This document shows, piece by piece, positions 41,981-51,295 of a stretch of DNA of 64,000 nt. The stretch covers positions 1 through 64,000 of the forward strand of contig JBEPZX010000006.1 of NCBI GenBank assembly GCA_041640635.1. Direction: 5' to 3'. The number at the start of each line of letters is the position of its first letter. Position 1 is the first letter of the stretch. The stretch is from Aquificaceae bacterium (GTDB taxonomy: Bacteria; Aquificota; Aquificia; Aquificales; Aquificaceae). The position numbers were made by a program, and so were the translations under genes. The notes under the pieces are model-generated. The model searched no databases and was not told where the DNA came from. It worked only from the letters and a program-made list of their open reading frames with translations.

Positions 41981-43006
41981 ATGGTTGGTACTGTTTATTT
42001 GAATGATAAAACAAGAGTTTTAGTTATAGGTATAACTGGAAGAGAAGCATCCCAAGTAGTTACAGAATCTGAATCGCTTTATCCAGGTTTTGTGGTAGCT
42101 GGTGTGACTCCTGGTAAAGGTGGTTCACAGGTGGCGGGCAAACCCGTTTACAATACGGTTAAAGAAGCTCTGTCAAAACATCCGGAAATAAACACAGGTC
42201 TAATATATGTACCTCCTTCTTCGGTAAGAGATGCCGTTATAGAGCTAATCGATAATAACATAAAACTAATCTATATAGTTACAGAACATGTCCCTATAAG
42301 GGATACTGTTTACTTCTATCATTACGCAAAGGAAAAAGGGGCCATAATAGTAGGTCCTACATCTTTGGGATGTATAGTACCTAGAATTCCAGCAAGGATT
42401 GGTGCGGTAGGTGGGAAAAATCCTTCTATAGCTTACGCTAATGGTGGTTTAGTTATACTTTCTAAGTCTGGTGGACTTACAACTACAACTGCGGAGATGT
42501 TCAAAAGAAGAGGATGGGGAGTTTATATGGCTTTAGCTTTAGGTGGAGATGTTATATCGTGTACTACTTTTGCCGATGTTTTGGAAAATATAGCGGATGA
42601 TAGCAACGTAAAGGGTGTGATCATACAAGGAGAGGTTGGTGGCTCTTACGAAGAGAAGGCGGCAGAAACTATACTTAGATTATACAAAGAAGGCAGATGG
42701 AACAAGCCAGTAGCCGCTTTTGTGGCAGGTAAGTTTCAAGAAAAGCTAGAAGGTGTATCTTTTGGGCATGCAGGAGCAATAGTAGAAAGAGGTAAAGGCA
42801 AAGCTACAGATAAAATAAGAATGTTTAACGAGGTAGGAAAAGAAACTGGGCTTGTAAAAGTGGCAGAATTTTACCATGACCTCGTTCATTGTATAGAGGA
42901 GTTGGGAGTGCCTAGGGACTTTGAAGACACTACCCCAGAAGGAAGAGTAAAACCTCTGTATTCTACCATAGATACACAAACATGCATGTTTAATCCTTCT
43001 GCTTAA
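41981..43006 (+). CDS. ccsB: citryl-CoA synthetase small subunit (SucD-like)
   Basis: GITG, GVTPGKGG, SKSGGLTT, GEVGG, phospho-His FGHAGA; adjacent to ccsA. Confidence 0.82.
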   Translation: MVGTVYLNDKTRVLVIGITGREASQVVTESESLYPGFVVAGVTPGKGGSQVAGKPVYNTVKEALSKHPEINTGLIYVPPSSVRDAVIELIDNNIKLIYIVTEHVPIRDTVYFYHYAKEKGAIIVGPTSLGCIVPRIPARIGAVGGKNPSIAYANGGLVILSKSGGLTTTTAEMFKRRGWGVYMALALGGDVISCTTFADVLENIADDSNVKGVIIQGEVGGSYEEKAAETILRLYKEGRWNKPVAAFVAGKFQEKLEGVSFGHAGAIVERGKGKATDKIRMFNEVGKETGLVKVAEFYHDLVHCIEELGVPRDFEDTTPEGRVKPLYSTIDTQTCMFNPSA

Positions 43007-43010
43007 ATTC

Positions 43011-43040
43011 AGGAAAGCCAGGTGCCTGGCTTTCTTCTTT
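43011..43040 (+). terminator. intrinsic terminator after ccsB
   Basis: GAAAGCCAGG-TG-CCTGGCTTTC followed by TTCTTT. Confidence 0.75.
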
Positions 43041-43089
43041 AAGTTCTAATTCAAAAGTATTCTCATGAAGAATTGAGATTATAAGATGC

Positions 43090-43722
43090 CTATATTATTT
43101 CAAATGTGGCGCTAGTTCCTAGTCTTTGAGCTCCAAGGTTTATAAATTCTATAGCTTGCTCCTTTGTCCTTATGCCCCCTGCCGCTTTAATTTTTATTCT
43201 ACCCTTACCAGCTCTCTTTAAAAGGATAATATCCTCCTCTGTAGCTCCTCTTGGAGCATATCCTGTAGATGTCTTTACAAACTCCACACCAGCATCTATT
43301 AATATTTCTAAAACCCTTATCTTCTCTTCATCAGTAAGGTATGCCGTTTCTATTATGAACTTTCTTGTAAAGCCTTGGGTGTTTCTTGTTATGGTGTTTA
43401 CTTCCTCCTTTACGTAATCCCATAAACCGCTTTTTAAAGCGGATATGTTTATTACTATATCTAACTCTGAGGCACCATCCTCCAAGGCTTTTAAAGCAGT
43501 ATAAAGCTTTTTTTCCTTTCCTTCAGCTCCAAATGGAAAGGATATGACGGAACAAACAATTAGCTTTCTTTCAGAAATCCTTGCAACTTCTTTGACCCAA
43601 AAGCTATTTACACAAACAGCGTAAACTCCCTTTTCTAAGCATTTAACTACCTGTTCCTCTAAATCTTTAAACGTATGGTTTGGTTTAAGTATAGAGTGAT
43701 CAATGTACTTTGCTAAATCCAC
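43090..43722 (-). CDS. deoC: deoxyribose-phosphate aldolase
   Basis: IDHSIL, FPFG, GASELDIV, FVKTSTG, KAAGGIR, RLGTS. Confidence 0.95.
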   Translation of the reverse strand: MDLAKYIDHSILKPNHTFKDLEEQVVKCLEKGVYAVCVNSFWVKEVARISERKLIVCSVISFPFGAEGKEKKLYTALKALEDGASELDIVINISALKSGLWDYVKEEVNTITRNTQGFTRKFIIETAYLTDEEKIRVLEILIDAGVEFVKTSTGYAPRGATEEDIILLKRAGKGRIKIKAAGGIRTKEQAIEFINLGAQRLGTSATFEII

Positions 43723-44639
43723 GAGGATACACCGTAAGTCATATCATGATAAAGAGAAAGTAAGGCTTTGGCTCCTTCTCCAGCTGCACTTATAATTTGT
43801 TTAGCAAATACGCTAGTACAGTCTCCTGCAGCATAGATACCTTTTTCTGATGTCCTATTGTTACAATCTATGACAATTTCCTCTCTTGTATTTACTAAAA
43901 CACCAAGCTTTTTAGCTATTTCTGTGTTTGGTTTTAATCCTACTTCTACAAATACTCCCTCTACAGGTATCGTATAAACTTTAGAACTTGACATATCTTC
44001 TACAACTATCTCCTTTACTGTTTGATTTCCCCTCACTTCTATTACCTTATGTCTAAGCAAAGGTATGACCTTTGGGTTACTTAATACCTTTCTCTGCAAA
44101 ATTTCATCCGCCTTGAACTTATCAAGAAATTCCAAAAGGTAAATTTTATTAGCATAGTTTATTAGTTGTTCAGCAGCTTCAAAACCAGAATTTCCCCCAC
44201 CTACTACGGCTACATCCTTCCCTTTGAAAAAGGGTGAATCGCATGTATAGCAGTAAGAAACACCTCTTCCAATAAACTCCTTTTCACCAGGCACATTGAG
44301 TTTTTTGTGCTCTGCCCCTGTACAAAACATAAGATATTCGGACTCATAAACCTTTCCAGAAATGCCAATGAGTCTAAAACCACCTTCTATTTTCTCAGCA
44401 TCAACAATTTGGTCATATATGGGCTCAATACCAAGCTTTTGCATATGTTGTATCATCTTTTCAACGAAAGAAACGCCATCTACTATAGCGTAACCTAAGT
44501 AATTTTCTATGTCTCCTGCCTTCATAACCTGCCCGCCTATTTCTGAAGTTATTAAAAGAAAATCCATCATTTTTCTTGAGGCGTATATGGCAGCAGATAT
44601 CCCAGCAGGACCACCACCTAAAATAATTAGCTTTCTCAT
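43713..44639 (-). CDS. trxB: thioredoxin reductase / AhpF-like disulfide reductase
   Basis: GGGPAG, GRGVSYCYTCD, VGGGNSG, AAGD, KQII.AAGEG. Confidence 0.88.
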   Translation of the reverse strand: MRKLIILGGGPAGISAAIYASRKMMDFLLITSEIGGQVMKAGDIENYLGYAIVDGVSFVEKMIQHMQKLGIEPIYDQIVDAEKIEGGFRLIGISGKVYESEYLMFCTGAEHKKLNVPGEKEFIGRGVSYCYTCDSPFFKGKDVAVVGGGNSGFEAAEQLINYANKIYLLEFLDKFKADEILQRKVLSNPKVIPLLRHKVIEVRGNQTVKEIVVEDMSSSKVYTIPVEGVFVEVGLKPNTEIAKKLGVLVNTREEIVIDCNNRTSEKGIYAAGDCTSVFAKQIISAAGEGAKALLSLYHDMTYGVSSWI

Positions 44640-45193
44640 ATCTGTATACGAGCAAATTTAGCTCTTCCCTCTTCAAATATGTCTCCACCGTATATATCGT
44701 TAGCAACTATCACAGGAAAATCTTCTACATAAAGCCTTCTTACAGCTTCTGTACCCAGGTCTTCGTAAGCTATGATTTCAGAAGATTTTATACACTTAGC
44801 AAGAAGAGTTGCTACTCCTCCTACCGCTGCAAAGTAAACCGCTTTGTATTGTTTTAACAGTTCTTTCACTTGAGGAGATCTATAACCTTTACCTATCATA
44901 CCTTTTAGACCAAGTTTTAGGAGCGGCTCTACATACTTATCCATTCTTATAGCTGTAGTTGGACCTGCAGAGCCTATAACTTGTCCAGGCTTTGGTGGTG
45001 TTGGACCTACGTAATAAATTACTTGCCCATGCATATCAAAGGGTAAGCTTTCACCTCTTTGTAGAGCTTCAACCATCCTTTTATGAGCCGCATCTCTAGC
45101 TGTATATATATATCCTGTTATAAAAACTTTGTCTCCCGCTCTTAGATTTTCTATAACCTCATCTGTAAGAGGCGTAATAATGTGTTTTCCCAT
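44636..45193 (-). CDS. fumB: class I fumarate hydratase beta subunit
   Basis: TARDAAHKR, SAGPTTAIRM, MIGKG, EDLGTEA. Confidence 0.92.
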   Translation of the reverse strand: MGKHIITPLTDEVIENLRAGDKVFITGYIYTARDAAHKRMVEALQRGESLPFDMHGQVIYYVGPTPPKPGQVIGSAGPTTAIRMDKYVEPLLKLGLKGMIGKGYRSPQVKELLKQYKAVYFAAVGGVATLLAKCIKSSEIIAYEDLGTEAVRRLYVEDFPVIVANDIYGGDIFEEGRAKFARIQI

Positions 45194-45322
45194 AATGTAA
45201 AAATTATATACCTAAATCTTTTTTCAAACTAAGTTACCAAATTATTTACATTAACTGTTTTTTATCAGATTAATATTGTGTATGTTATATAAATAAAATA
45301 AATATCATTTGACTTATGATAA

Positions 45323-45364
45323 GTGATTATTATCAATCGGTCTAAATACCTAAGCATATAAAAT
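45323..45364 (+). promoter_or_regulatory. candidate FNR/DNR-type site with class II -10 for the oxidase operon
   Basis: GTGAT-TATT-ATCAA at 45323-45336 (one mismatch to TTGAT-N4-ATCAA) and TAAAAT at 45359-45364. Confidence 0.55.
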
Positions 45365-45396
45365 AGAAAAAGCAAACTCAGTAGGAGGTAAAAAAA

Positions 45397-46170
45397 ATGA
45401 CTGAACACGGAGGACACCATCTGGGAGAACACGAAACTAGTTTTTGGCCATTCCCTGTTGGCTTGGGGATATTGCTTACACCCATCTCTCTTGTTACATA
45501 CTTTGGATGGAAAATGCAAATGCCCGGTTTAATTTTGGGCGCGGTAGGAGTCCTTTTGATTATATTTGGATTGATAGGTTGGGCAAATGAAGTCTTTAGT
45601 AAAGGACATGAAGAAGGTTTAGGTACACTGGCTATAGCCATGTTTATATCAACAGAAGTAATAATTTTCGGCACCATGTTTGCAGCTTTTTGGGCAGCAA
45701 GAGTAGGTAAATCCGATATATGGAAACAATGGGTCCCAGAGATAAATTTTATCCTCCCAATAATTCTTACTCTAATACTGTGGGCATCCAGTATTAGTAT
45801 TTTGATATCTGAAAAAGCAATGGAAGAAGGGAAAAGAAGTAAATCTGCTGCTTTCTTGATAGTTACTATAGCTTTAGGGGCTGCATTTACTATTATTCAC
45901 GTTCAAGAGTGGATCCACTTATGGCACGCTGGATTTACGTTAAGTTCCAATATGTACGGTACAGGATTTTATGCTTTAACTGGAATCCACACCTCTCACG
46001 TTATAGTTGGTATAATAGCTCAGTTATACGTGTTGTGGTTAGTTCTTGCCAATAAGATGACGCATCACAAGACAACACTCTTTAGGGCAGTAAGTATGTA
46101 CTGGCATTTTGTAGATTTAATGTGGCTTCTAGTTGCAAGTACAGCTTATGTAATAGGCGGTCTAATATGA
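45397..46170 (+). CDS. coxC: cytochrome c oxidase subunit III
   Basis: SFWP, MFISTEV, FYALTGIHTSHV, YWHFVDLMW. Confidence 0.93.
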   Translation: MTEHGGHHLGEHETSFWPFPVGLGILLTPISLVTYFGWKMQMPGLILGAVGVLLIIFGLIGWANEVFSKGHEEGLGTLAIAMFISTEVIIFGTMFAAFWAARVGKSDIWKQWVPEINFILPIILTLILWASSISILISEKAMEEGKRSKSAAFLIVTIALGAAFTIIHVQEWIHLWHAGFTLSSNMYGTGFYALTGIHTSHVIVGIIAQLYVLWLVLANKMTHHKTTLFRAVSMYWHFVDLMWLLVASTAYVIGGLI

Positions 46171-46940
46171 TGCTACTGTTATCTTTGCTATTACCCTTTG
46201 TTTTGCTAGCATACAACAACCCTATGGATAAGGTAGGTACTTTTGATCCTTCTAGTTTGCAAATCAATCAAGAATACTACTTAGGTAAAAAGATAGGAGA
46301 GTACGCACTACTTACAGAAAGTGGCTTTACAAATTTATATCGTGTTATCGATGGTAAAGCCACCATCCTTCAATTTGCTTATTACACCTGTGATGCAGCA
46401 TGTCCATTGATAACGGAAAATACTCTAAAAAGCCTTAATGAATTGAAGGACAATAATTACAACGTATTGGTTGTATCCTTTGATAAAAGAGATAATATGG
46501 ATACTTTGAAGTCATATAAAGCAAAACTTGAAGAAAAATACGGAAACATCCCACCAAATTGGACTTTTGCACTACTAAGTCAAGAAGATATAAATAAACT
46601 CACTCAAGATGTGGGCTTTAAGTTTTTTTACTCTGAAAAGGATAAGACTTTTGTACATACTAATGTACTGATTTTTATCTCACCTAGTGGTTTGATTACA
46701 AGATATCTTTTCGGTGTAGATCCCAATAGCAAAGACATAAGATTAGCTTTAGCAAATGCTAGGATAGAGAAGCCATCAATAACTACAATACTTGATGCTG
46801 CTCTTTTGGCCTGCTATCGCTATGACCCGGTTCGTAGCAGGTATGTTCTAGATCCAGCAATAATTTTCCCAATAGCAGGTGTAATTTTACTAATAACCAC
46901 AGGTGTTTTATCTGTAACTTTTAAAAGAAAGGAGGTATAA
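46167..46940 (+). CDS. SCO1/SenC family copper chaperone
   Basis: YYTCDAACP (CxxxC) and FVH; ATG 46167 overlaps the coxC stop. Confidence 0.88.
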   Translation: MMLLLSLLLPFVLLAYNNPMDKVGTFDPSSLQINQEYYLGKKIGEYALLTESGFTNLYRVIDGKATILQFAYYTCDAACPLITENTLKSLNELKDNNYNVLVVSFDKRDNMDTLKSYKAKLEEKYGNIPPNWTFALLSQEDINKLTQDVGFKFFYSEKDKTFVHTNVLIFISPSGLITRYLFGVDPNSKDIRLALANARIEKPSITTILDAALLACYRYDPVRSRYVLDPAIIFPIAGVILLITTGVLSVTFKRKEV

Positions 46941-46942
46941 AC

Positions 46943-47665
46943 ATGCGTAAAGTTCTAGGTGTTCTTGGCTTTGTTGGCCTTGCAAATGCAGAACCTTTGG
47001 CCTATCCTGCTCCTCTTTGGAACAATATATACCTCATATGGTTGTTTATAGCGGTTGTTATTTATCTGGTTGTGTCCATTCCTATGTTGTACTTTATGTT
47101 TAAGTATAGGTACAAAAAAGGAGTAAATGAAGTTGGGGAACATATTCATGGTAACAATGCTTTAGAAATACTTTGGACTTTGATACCACTTCTTGTCGTT
47201 ATATACCTAGCAACACAATCTTTTGCATACTACAGAGATCAAAGAAAACCTCCCGAGAATGCTATGGAACTAAAGATTACAGCATTCATGTGGGGGTGGG
47301 AAGTGGAATATCCAAATGGTAAAAAAGTGTATGCCTTCTTCAATGAACAATACAAAATTCCCGAAGAACAAAAGATAGTACTTCCTGAAAAAACCCCTAT
47401 AAAGGTACTTTTAACCTCAAGAGATGTAGTACATGCCTTCTATGTACATCCTGCGAAAGTAATGGAAGATGCTGTACCTGGAAGAATTACACATCTTTGG
47501 TTTCAAATAAACAAACCAGGTGAGTATTGGTCCTTTTGTAGAGAATACTGTGGAACTCAACACTCAAGAATGGTTGCTATACTAAAGGTTGTTCCTAAAG
47601 AAGAGTTTACAGCTTGGGCAAATGGAGATAATTCTAAGCAAGCTAACGTAAGTAATAACTTTTAA
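46943..47665 (+). CDS. coxB: cytochrome c oxidase subunit II (CuA)
   Basis: LEILWT, DVVHAF, CREYCGTQHSRM. Confidence 0.96.
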   Translation: MRKVLGVLGFVGLANAEPLAYPAPLWNNIYLIWLFIAVVIYLVVSIPMLYFMFKYRYKKGVNEVGEHIHGNNALEILWTLIPLLVVIYLATQSFAYYRDQRKPPENAMELKITAFMWGWEVEYPNGKKVYAFFNEQYKIPEEQKIVLPEKTPIKVLLTSRDVVHAFYVHPAKVMEDAVPGRITHLWFQINKPGEYWSFCREYCGTQHSRMVAILKVVPKEEFTAWANGDNSKQANVSNNF

Positions 47666-47677
47666 AGGAGGTGTACT

Positions 47678-49285
47678 ATGGCAGTAACTGCCCCATACCG
47701 TCCGTGGTATAGCGCAGGTATTAAAGAGTGGATCCTTACCACGGACCATAAGAAAATAGGTTTATTTTATGCTGTAACTACTGTTTTGTTTTTTGCCGTA
47801 GCCGGTTTAATGGGTCTAGGTATAAGATTAGAACTTTGGCAACCTGGAGAACAGTTCATATCTCCAGATACTTACAACTACTTTTTAACAGCTCATGGTG
47901 TTGTAGCATTGCTCTGGTGGGCAATAGGTGTATGGGGAGCTTTTGGTAATTTCCTCATACCTTTAATGGTAGGGGCAAGAGATGTTGCCTTTCCTAGGCT
48001 TAACGCCTTAGGCTGGTGGACATTTTTTGCAGCTAGCGTGCTTGTAATACTTACCTTCATACCCAGTAATCAAATAAGAATGATGTGGACAGGATATCCG
48101 CCTTTTTCCATAAATGAGAATGCAGGTCAAGCTATCATTTACATATTGGTAGTTCATTTGACGGGAGCCGCATCCATAATGGGTGCTATAAACTTTTTGG
48201 TGACTACTCTGAGAATGAGAGCTCCTGGAATAACCTTAAAAAATATGAACTTGATGCTTCATGGTATAGCAGCTGCAAATACCATACAGTTATTAGGTGT
48301 TCCATCTTTTGCTGGTGCAGTAACTATGCTCTTCATGGATAAGTATATAGGCACAAACTTCTTCAACCCAGAACTTGGTGGGGACCCAGTTTTATATCAA
48401 AACGTTTTTTGGTTTTACTCTCACCCAGCTGTTTATGTAATGGTATTGCCTGCCTTTGGTGTGTTTTCTGAAGTTATATCTACATTCTCTAGAAAACCCA
48501 TATTTGGCCAAACTGCAATGATATTTGCTATCTGGGGTATAGCTATCTTGGGTTTTATGGTATGGATACATCACATGTTCACTTCGGGTGTTCCTGATTG
48601 GATAAGAATAGTTATGTCATATACAACTGTTCTTATAGGTGTTCCTACAGGTGTCAAGATATTCAACTGGGTAGGTACATTATATAAAGGCTCTATAAGA
48701 TACACAGTGCCTATGTTATTTACGTTAGGTGGCATATTTATGTTTCTCATTGGCGGTCTTACAGGTATACCTCTTGCTCTTCCAGCTTTTGATATAAATG
48801 TACATGACTCACACTTTGTAGTTGCTCACTTTCATTATGTATTAGGTATGGCTGTAACTTTTGGTGCTGTAAGCGGTATTTATTACTGGTACCCTAAGGT
48901 AACAGGAAGGTTCTTTAATGAAACCTTAGGAAAGCTTAGTTTTTGGATATCTATGATAGGATCTAACCTATTCTACTTCTTCCAATTTATAGTGGGATTG
49001 GAAGGTATGCCAAGAAGATATGCTGACTACCCACCTATACCTGAGTGGATATCTCTTCATCAAATACAAACTATTGGAGCTTTTATATTAGCTTTTGGTT
49101 TACTATTGACTTTCATAAACTGGATTATTTCTGCATTCCTGGGTAAGAAAGCACCAGCTAATCCTTGGGATTCTAACTCTCTTGAATGGAGTATACCATC
49201 GCCTCCACCCCCACATAACTTTGATAAAATACCAGAACTTCCTTCTGACTGGTCACCTTATGATTATCACAAAAAACATCATTAA
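47678..49285 (+). CDS. coxA: cytochrome c oxidase subunit I, A2 type
   Basis: TAHG, DVAFPRLN (D channel), WFYSHPAVY (YS motif of A2), WIHHM, PTGVK, AHFHY, GMPRR. Confidence 0.96.
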   Translation: MAVTAPYRPWYSAGIKEWILTTDHKKIGLFYAVTTVLFFAVAGLMGLGIRLELWQPGEQFISPDTYNYFLTAHGVVALLWWAIGVWGAFGNFLIPLMVGARDVAFPRLNALGWWTFFAASVLVILTFIPSNQIRMMWTGYPPFSINENAGQAIIYILVVHLTGAASIMGAINFLVTTLRMRAPGITLKNMNLMLHGIAAANTIQLLGVPSFAGAVTMLFMDKYIGTNFFNPELGGDPVLYQNVFWFYSHPAVYVMVLPAFGVFSEVISTFSRKPIFGQTAMIFAIWGIAILGFMVWIHHMFTSGVPDWIRIVMSYTTVLIGVPTGVKIFNWVGTLYKGSIRYTVPMLFTLGGIFMFLIGGLTGIPLALPAFDINVHDSHFVVAHFHYVLGMAVTFGAVSGIYYWYPKVTGRFFNETLGKLSFWISMIGSNLFYFFQFIVGLEGMPRRYADYPPIPEWISLHQIQTIGAFILAFGLLLTFINWIISAFLGKKAPANPWDSNSLEWSIPSPPPPHNFDKIPELPSDWSPYDYHKKHH

Positions 49286-49291
49286 AAACTT

Positions 49292-49311
49292 AAGGGGCTT
49301 TTGCCCCTTTT
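49292..49311 (+). terminator. hairpin/terminator after coxA
   Basis: AAGGGGC-TTTT-GCCCCTTTT. Confidence 0.65.
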
Positions 49312-49327
49312 AAATCAAGGAGTAAAG

Positions 49328-49495
49328 ATGTCTAAATATGTACTTACCATAATCATTCTTATATTTGTAGTTCTATCATATGTATTAGGTATCTTAGCTT
49401 TTTCTTCTAAAGAAGCAAGAGAAAAAAGATGGCAAGAATATTACAAAAAGTATGAAAGTAAATTCAAGAAAAAAGTCGAGAAAAAAGATATATAA
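49328..49495 (+). CDS. small single-TM protein (possible oxidase accessory subunit)
   Basis: AAGGAG RBS; MSKYVLTIIILIFVVLSYVLGILAF followed by a basic tail; 55 aa. Confidence 0.7.
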   Translation: MSKYVLTIIILIFVVLSYVLGILAFSSKEAREKRWQEYYKKYESKFKKKVEKKDI

Positions 49496-49543
49496 TTCTT
49501 TAGTTGATACTCCTCATTCTATAATAGTTTGGAGGATATACAT

Positions 49544-50398
49544 ATGTGGAGGCTATTTCTATTTTTAGCGGTAGTGTTTACCTATTTAACCTTAATATGG
49601 GGTGGCTTAGTAAGATCTACAGATTCTGGTCTAGCTTGCCCTGAATGGCCACTTTGCTATGGAAACTTTACACCTCCTAAAGAATTCTCTGCAAAACTAG
49701 AAATGGGACACAGAACCATTAGTGGTCTCGCAGGGATATTTGTTCTTCTTACTTTTGTATACACATGGAAATACTTCAAAGGATTACCTAGAATAGCTGT
49801 TCTTTTCTCCTTAATATTCACAGCTAGTGCGGCTCTTACAGGAATGAAAATGATACGATTAGAAGCTCCTGAATTAAAATATGTATCTCACATGCTATTG
49901 GAATCTTTTCATATATACGAATCTATGATTGTGCTAGGATCGTTAGTTTTAACCTATAGGTTAGCATCCAATTACAAACCGGAAGGTGGTATTCCTTTAT
50001 GGGCATATGCTTTAGCACTTACCACCATGATAACTGGTGTTTTAGTTAGATATACAGGTTCAGGTCATGTATGTGGTTCTGAGTGGCCAACATGTAATGG
50101 TTTATTGATTCCAAATATTACAGACTGGCAAGTAGCTCTTCATTTCGCACATAGGAATATAGCATACTTAACCTGGATTGCCTTTTTACTAAACCTTTTG
50201 ATTAATAAAAATAAATTAGCAGCTCTATCTTTTGTATTTATAAATATGCAATTTGTATTTGCTGTTGGTATGGTTTTGACAGATTTCTTCTTACCTATAG
50301 TATTCTTGGACATTGCCATGGGATTTTTCCTGTTTGGATGGTTAACCTACAATTTACAAATTGGTAGAACTTACGTTTACCAGCTAAGAACGGTGTAA
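49544..50398 (+). CDS. ctaA: heme A synthase (CtaA/Cox15)
   Basis: GGLVRSTDSGLACPEWPLC, EMGHR, second Cys pair CGSEWPTC, HFAHR; GGAGG RBS. Confidence 0.88.
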   Translation: MWRLFLFLAVVFTYLTLIWGGLVRSTDSGLACPEWPLCYGNFTPPKEFSAKLEMGHRTISGLAGIFVLLTFVYTWKYFKGLPRIAVLFSLIFTASAALTGMKMIRLEAPELKYVSHMLLESFHIYESMIVLGSLVLTYRLASNYKPEGGIPLWAYALALTTMITGVLVRYTGSGHVCGSEWPTCNGLLIPNITDWQVALHFAHRNIAYLTWIAFLLNLLINKNKLAALSFVFINMQFVFAVGMVLTDFFLPIVFLDIAMGFFLFGWLTYNLQIGRTYVYQLRTV

Positions 50399-50402
50399 AG
50401 AT

Positions 50403-51293
50403 ATGGTAGGGAAAAGTGTAGCTAAAGCCATGAACATATCGCATACTATTAAAGATTACATAATACTTACAAAGCCAGGAATAGTTATACTTGTCTTAAT
50501 CACAACTCTTACAGGTATGTACTTTGCTAAACGAGGCATGCCTGATGGACTTTTGGTATTTTGGACTTTGTTGGGTACAGGTCTGTCTTCGGCAGGAGCC
50601 GCTACTCTAAATCAGTACTTTGAAAGAGATATAGATAGCTTAATGACAAGAACTAAGAACAGACCACTTCCCCTTGGAAATATAAGCCCTAACAATGCTT
50701 TAATATTTGGTATATTCCTGACAATAGGTGGAATCATCATCCACTTAACTTTTGTAAATGAACTATCGGCCTTCTTAACAGCTATAGCAAGCTTTGTATA
50801 CGTTGTTATTTATACCATAGCCCTGAAAAGAAGGAGTCCTGTAGCTACAGAAATAGGTGGGATTTCAGGAGCTTTACCGCCAGTAATAGGTTATGCAGCA
50901 GTTCTGAACAATATTAATATAGAAGCCCTTATCCTCTTTATTATCATGTTTCTTTGGCAGCCTCCGCATTTTTGGGTTTTGGCTATAAAGTACTATCAGG
51001 ATTACAAATTAGCTGGGATTCCTACTTTACCTGTTGCTAAAGGAATAAGTGAGGCAAAGATGAAAACCTTGGTTTATACTGCATCCTTGTTTCCTGTAAG
51101 CATAATGCCTGCAATTTTAGGAATGGCTGGGTCCATGTATTTTTATTCTGCAGTTGTTTTAAGTATGGTTTACATTGTCTTGACACTTAGGTTTTTCTTT
51201 TCAAAAAAACCTAATGGAATGTTTCTCTTCTTTTACTCTATACTTTATTTGGCGTTACTGTTTTCCGTAATGGTGTTTGATATGAGGAGATAA
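50403..51293 (+). CDS. ctaB: protoheme IX farnesyltransferase (heme O synthase)
   Basis: LTKPGI, NQYFERDID..MTRTKNRPL, YT..LKR, WQPPHFW. Confidence 0.95.
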   Translation: MVGKSVAKAMNISHTIKDYIILTKPGIVILVLITTLTGMYFAKRGMPDGLLVFWTLLGTGLSSAGAATLNQYFERDIDSLMTRTKNRPLPLGNISPNNALIFGIFLTIGGIIIHLTFVNELSAFLTAIASFVYVVIYTIALKRRSPVATEIGGISGALPPVIGYAAVLNNINIEALILFIIMFLWQPPHFWVLAIKYYQDYKLAGIPTLPVAKGISEAKMKTLVYTASLFPVSIMPAILGMAGSMYFYSAVVLSMVYIVLTLRFFFSKKPNGMFLFFYSILYLALLFSVMVFDMRR

Positions 51294-51295
51294 GA

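Noticed and set aside
40673..43006. Annotation as succinyl-CoA synthetase sucCD or ATP citrate lyase
   Set aside because: The citrate-type GGTANNT loop argues against SucC; the small subunit lacks the citryl-CoA lyase domain of ACL.
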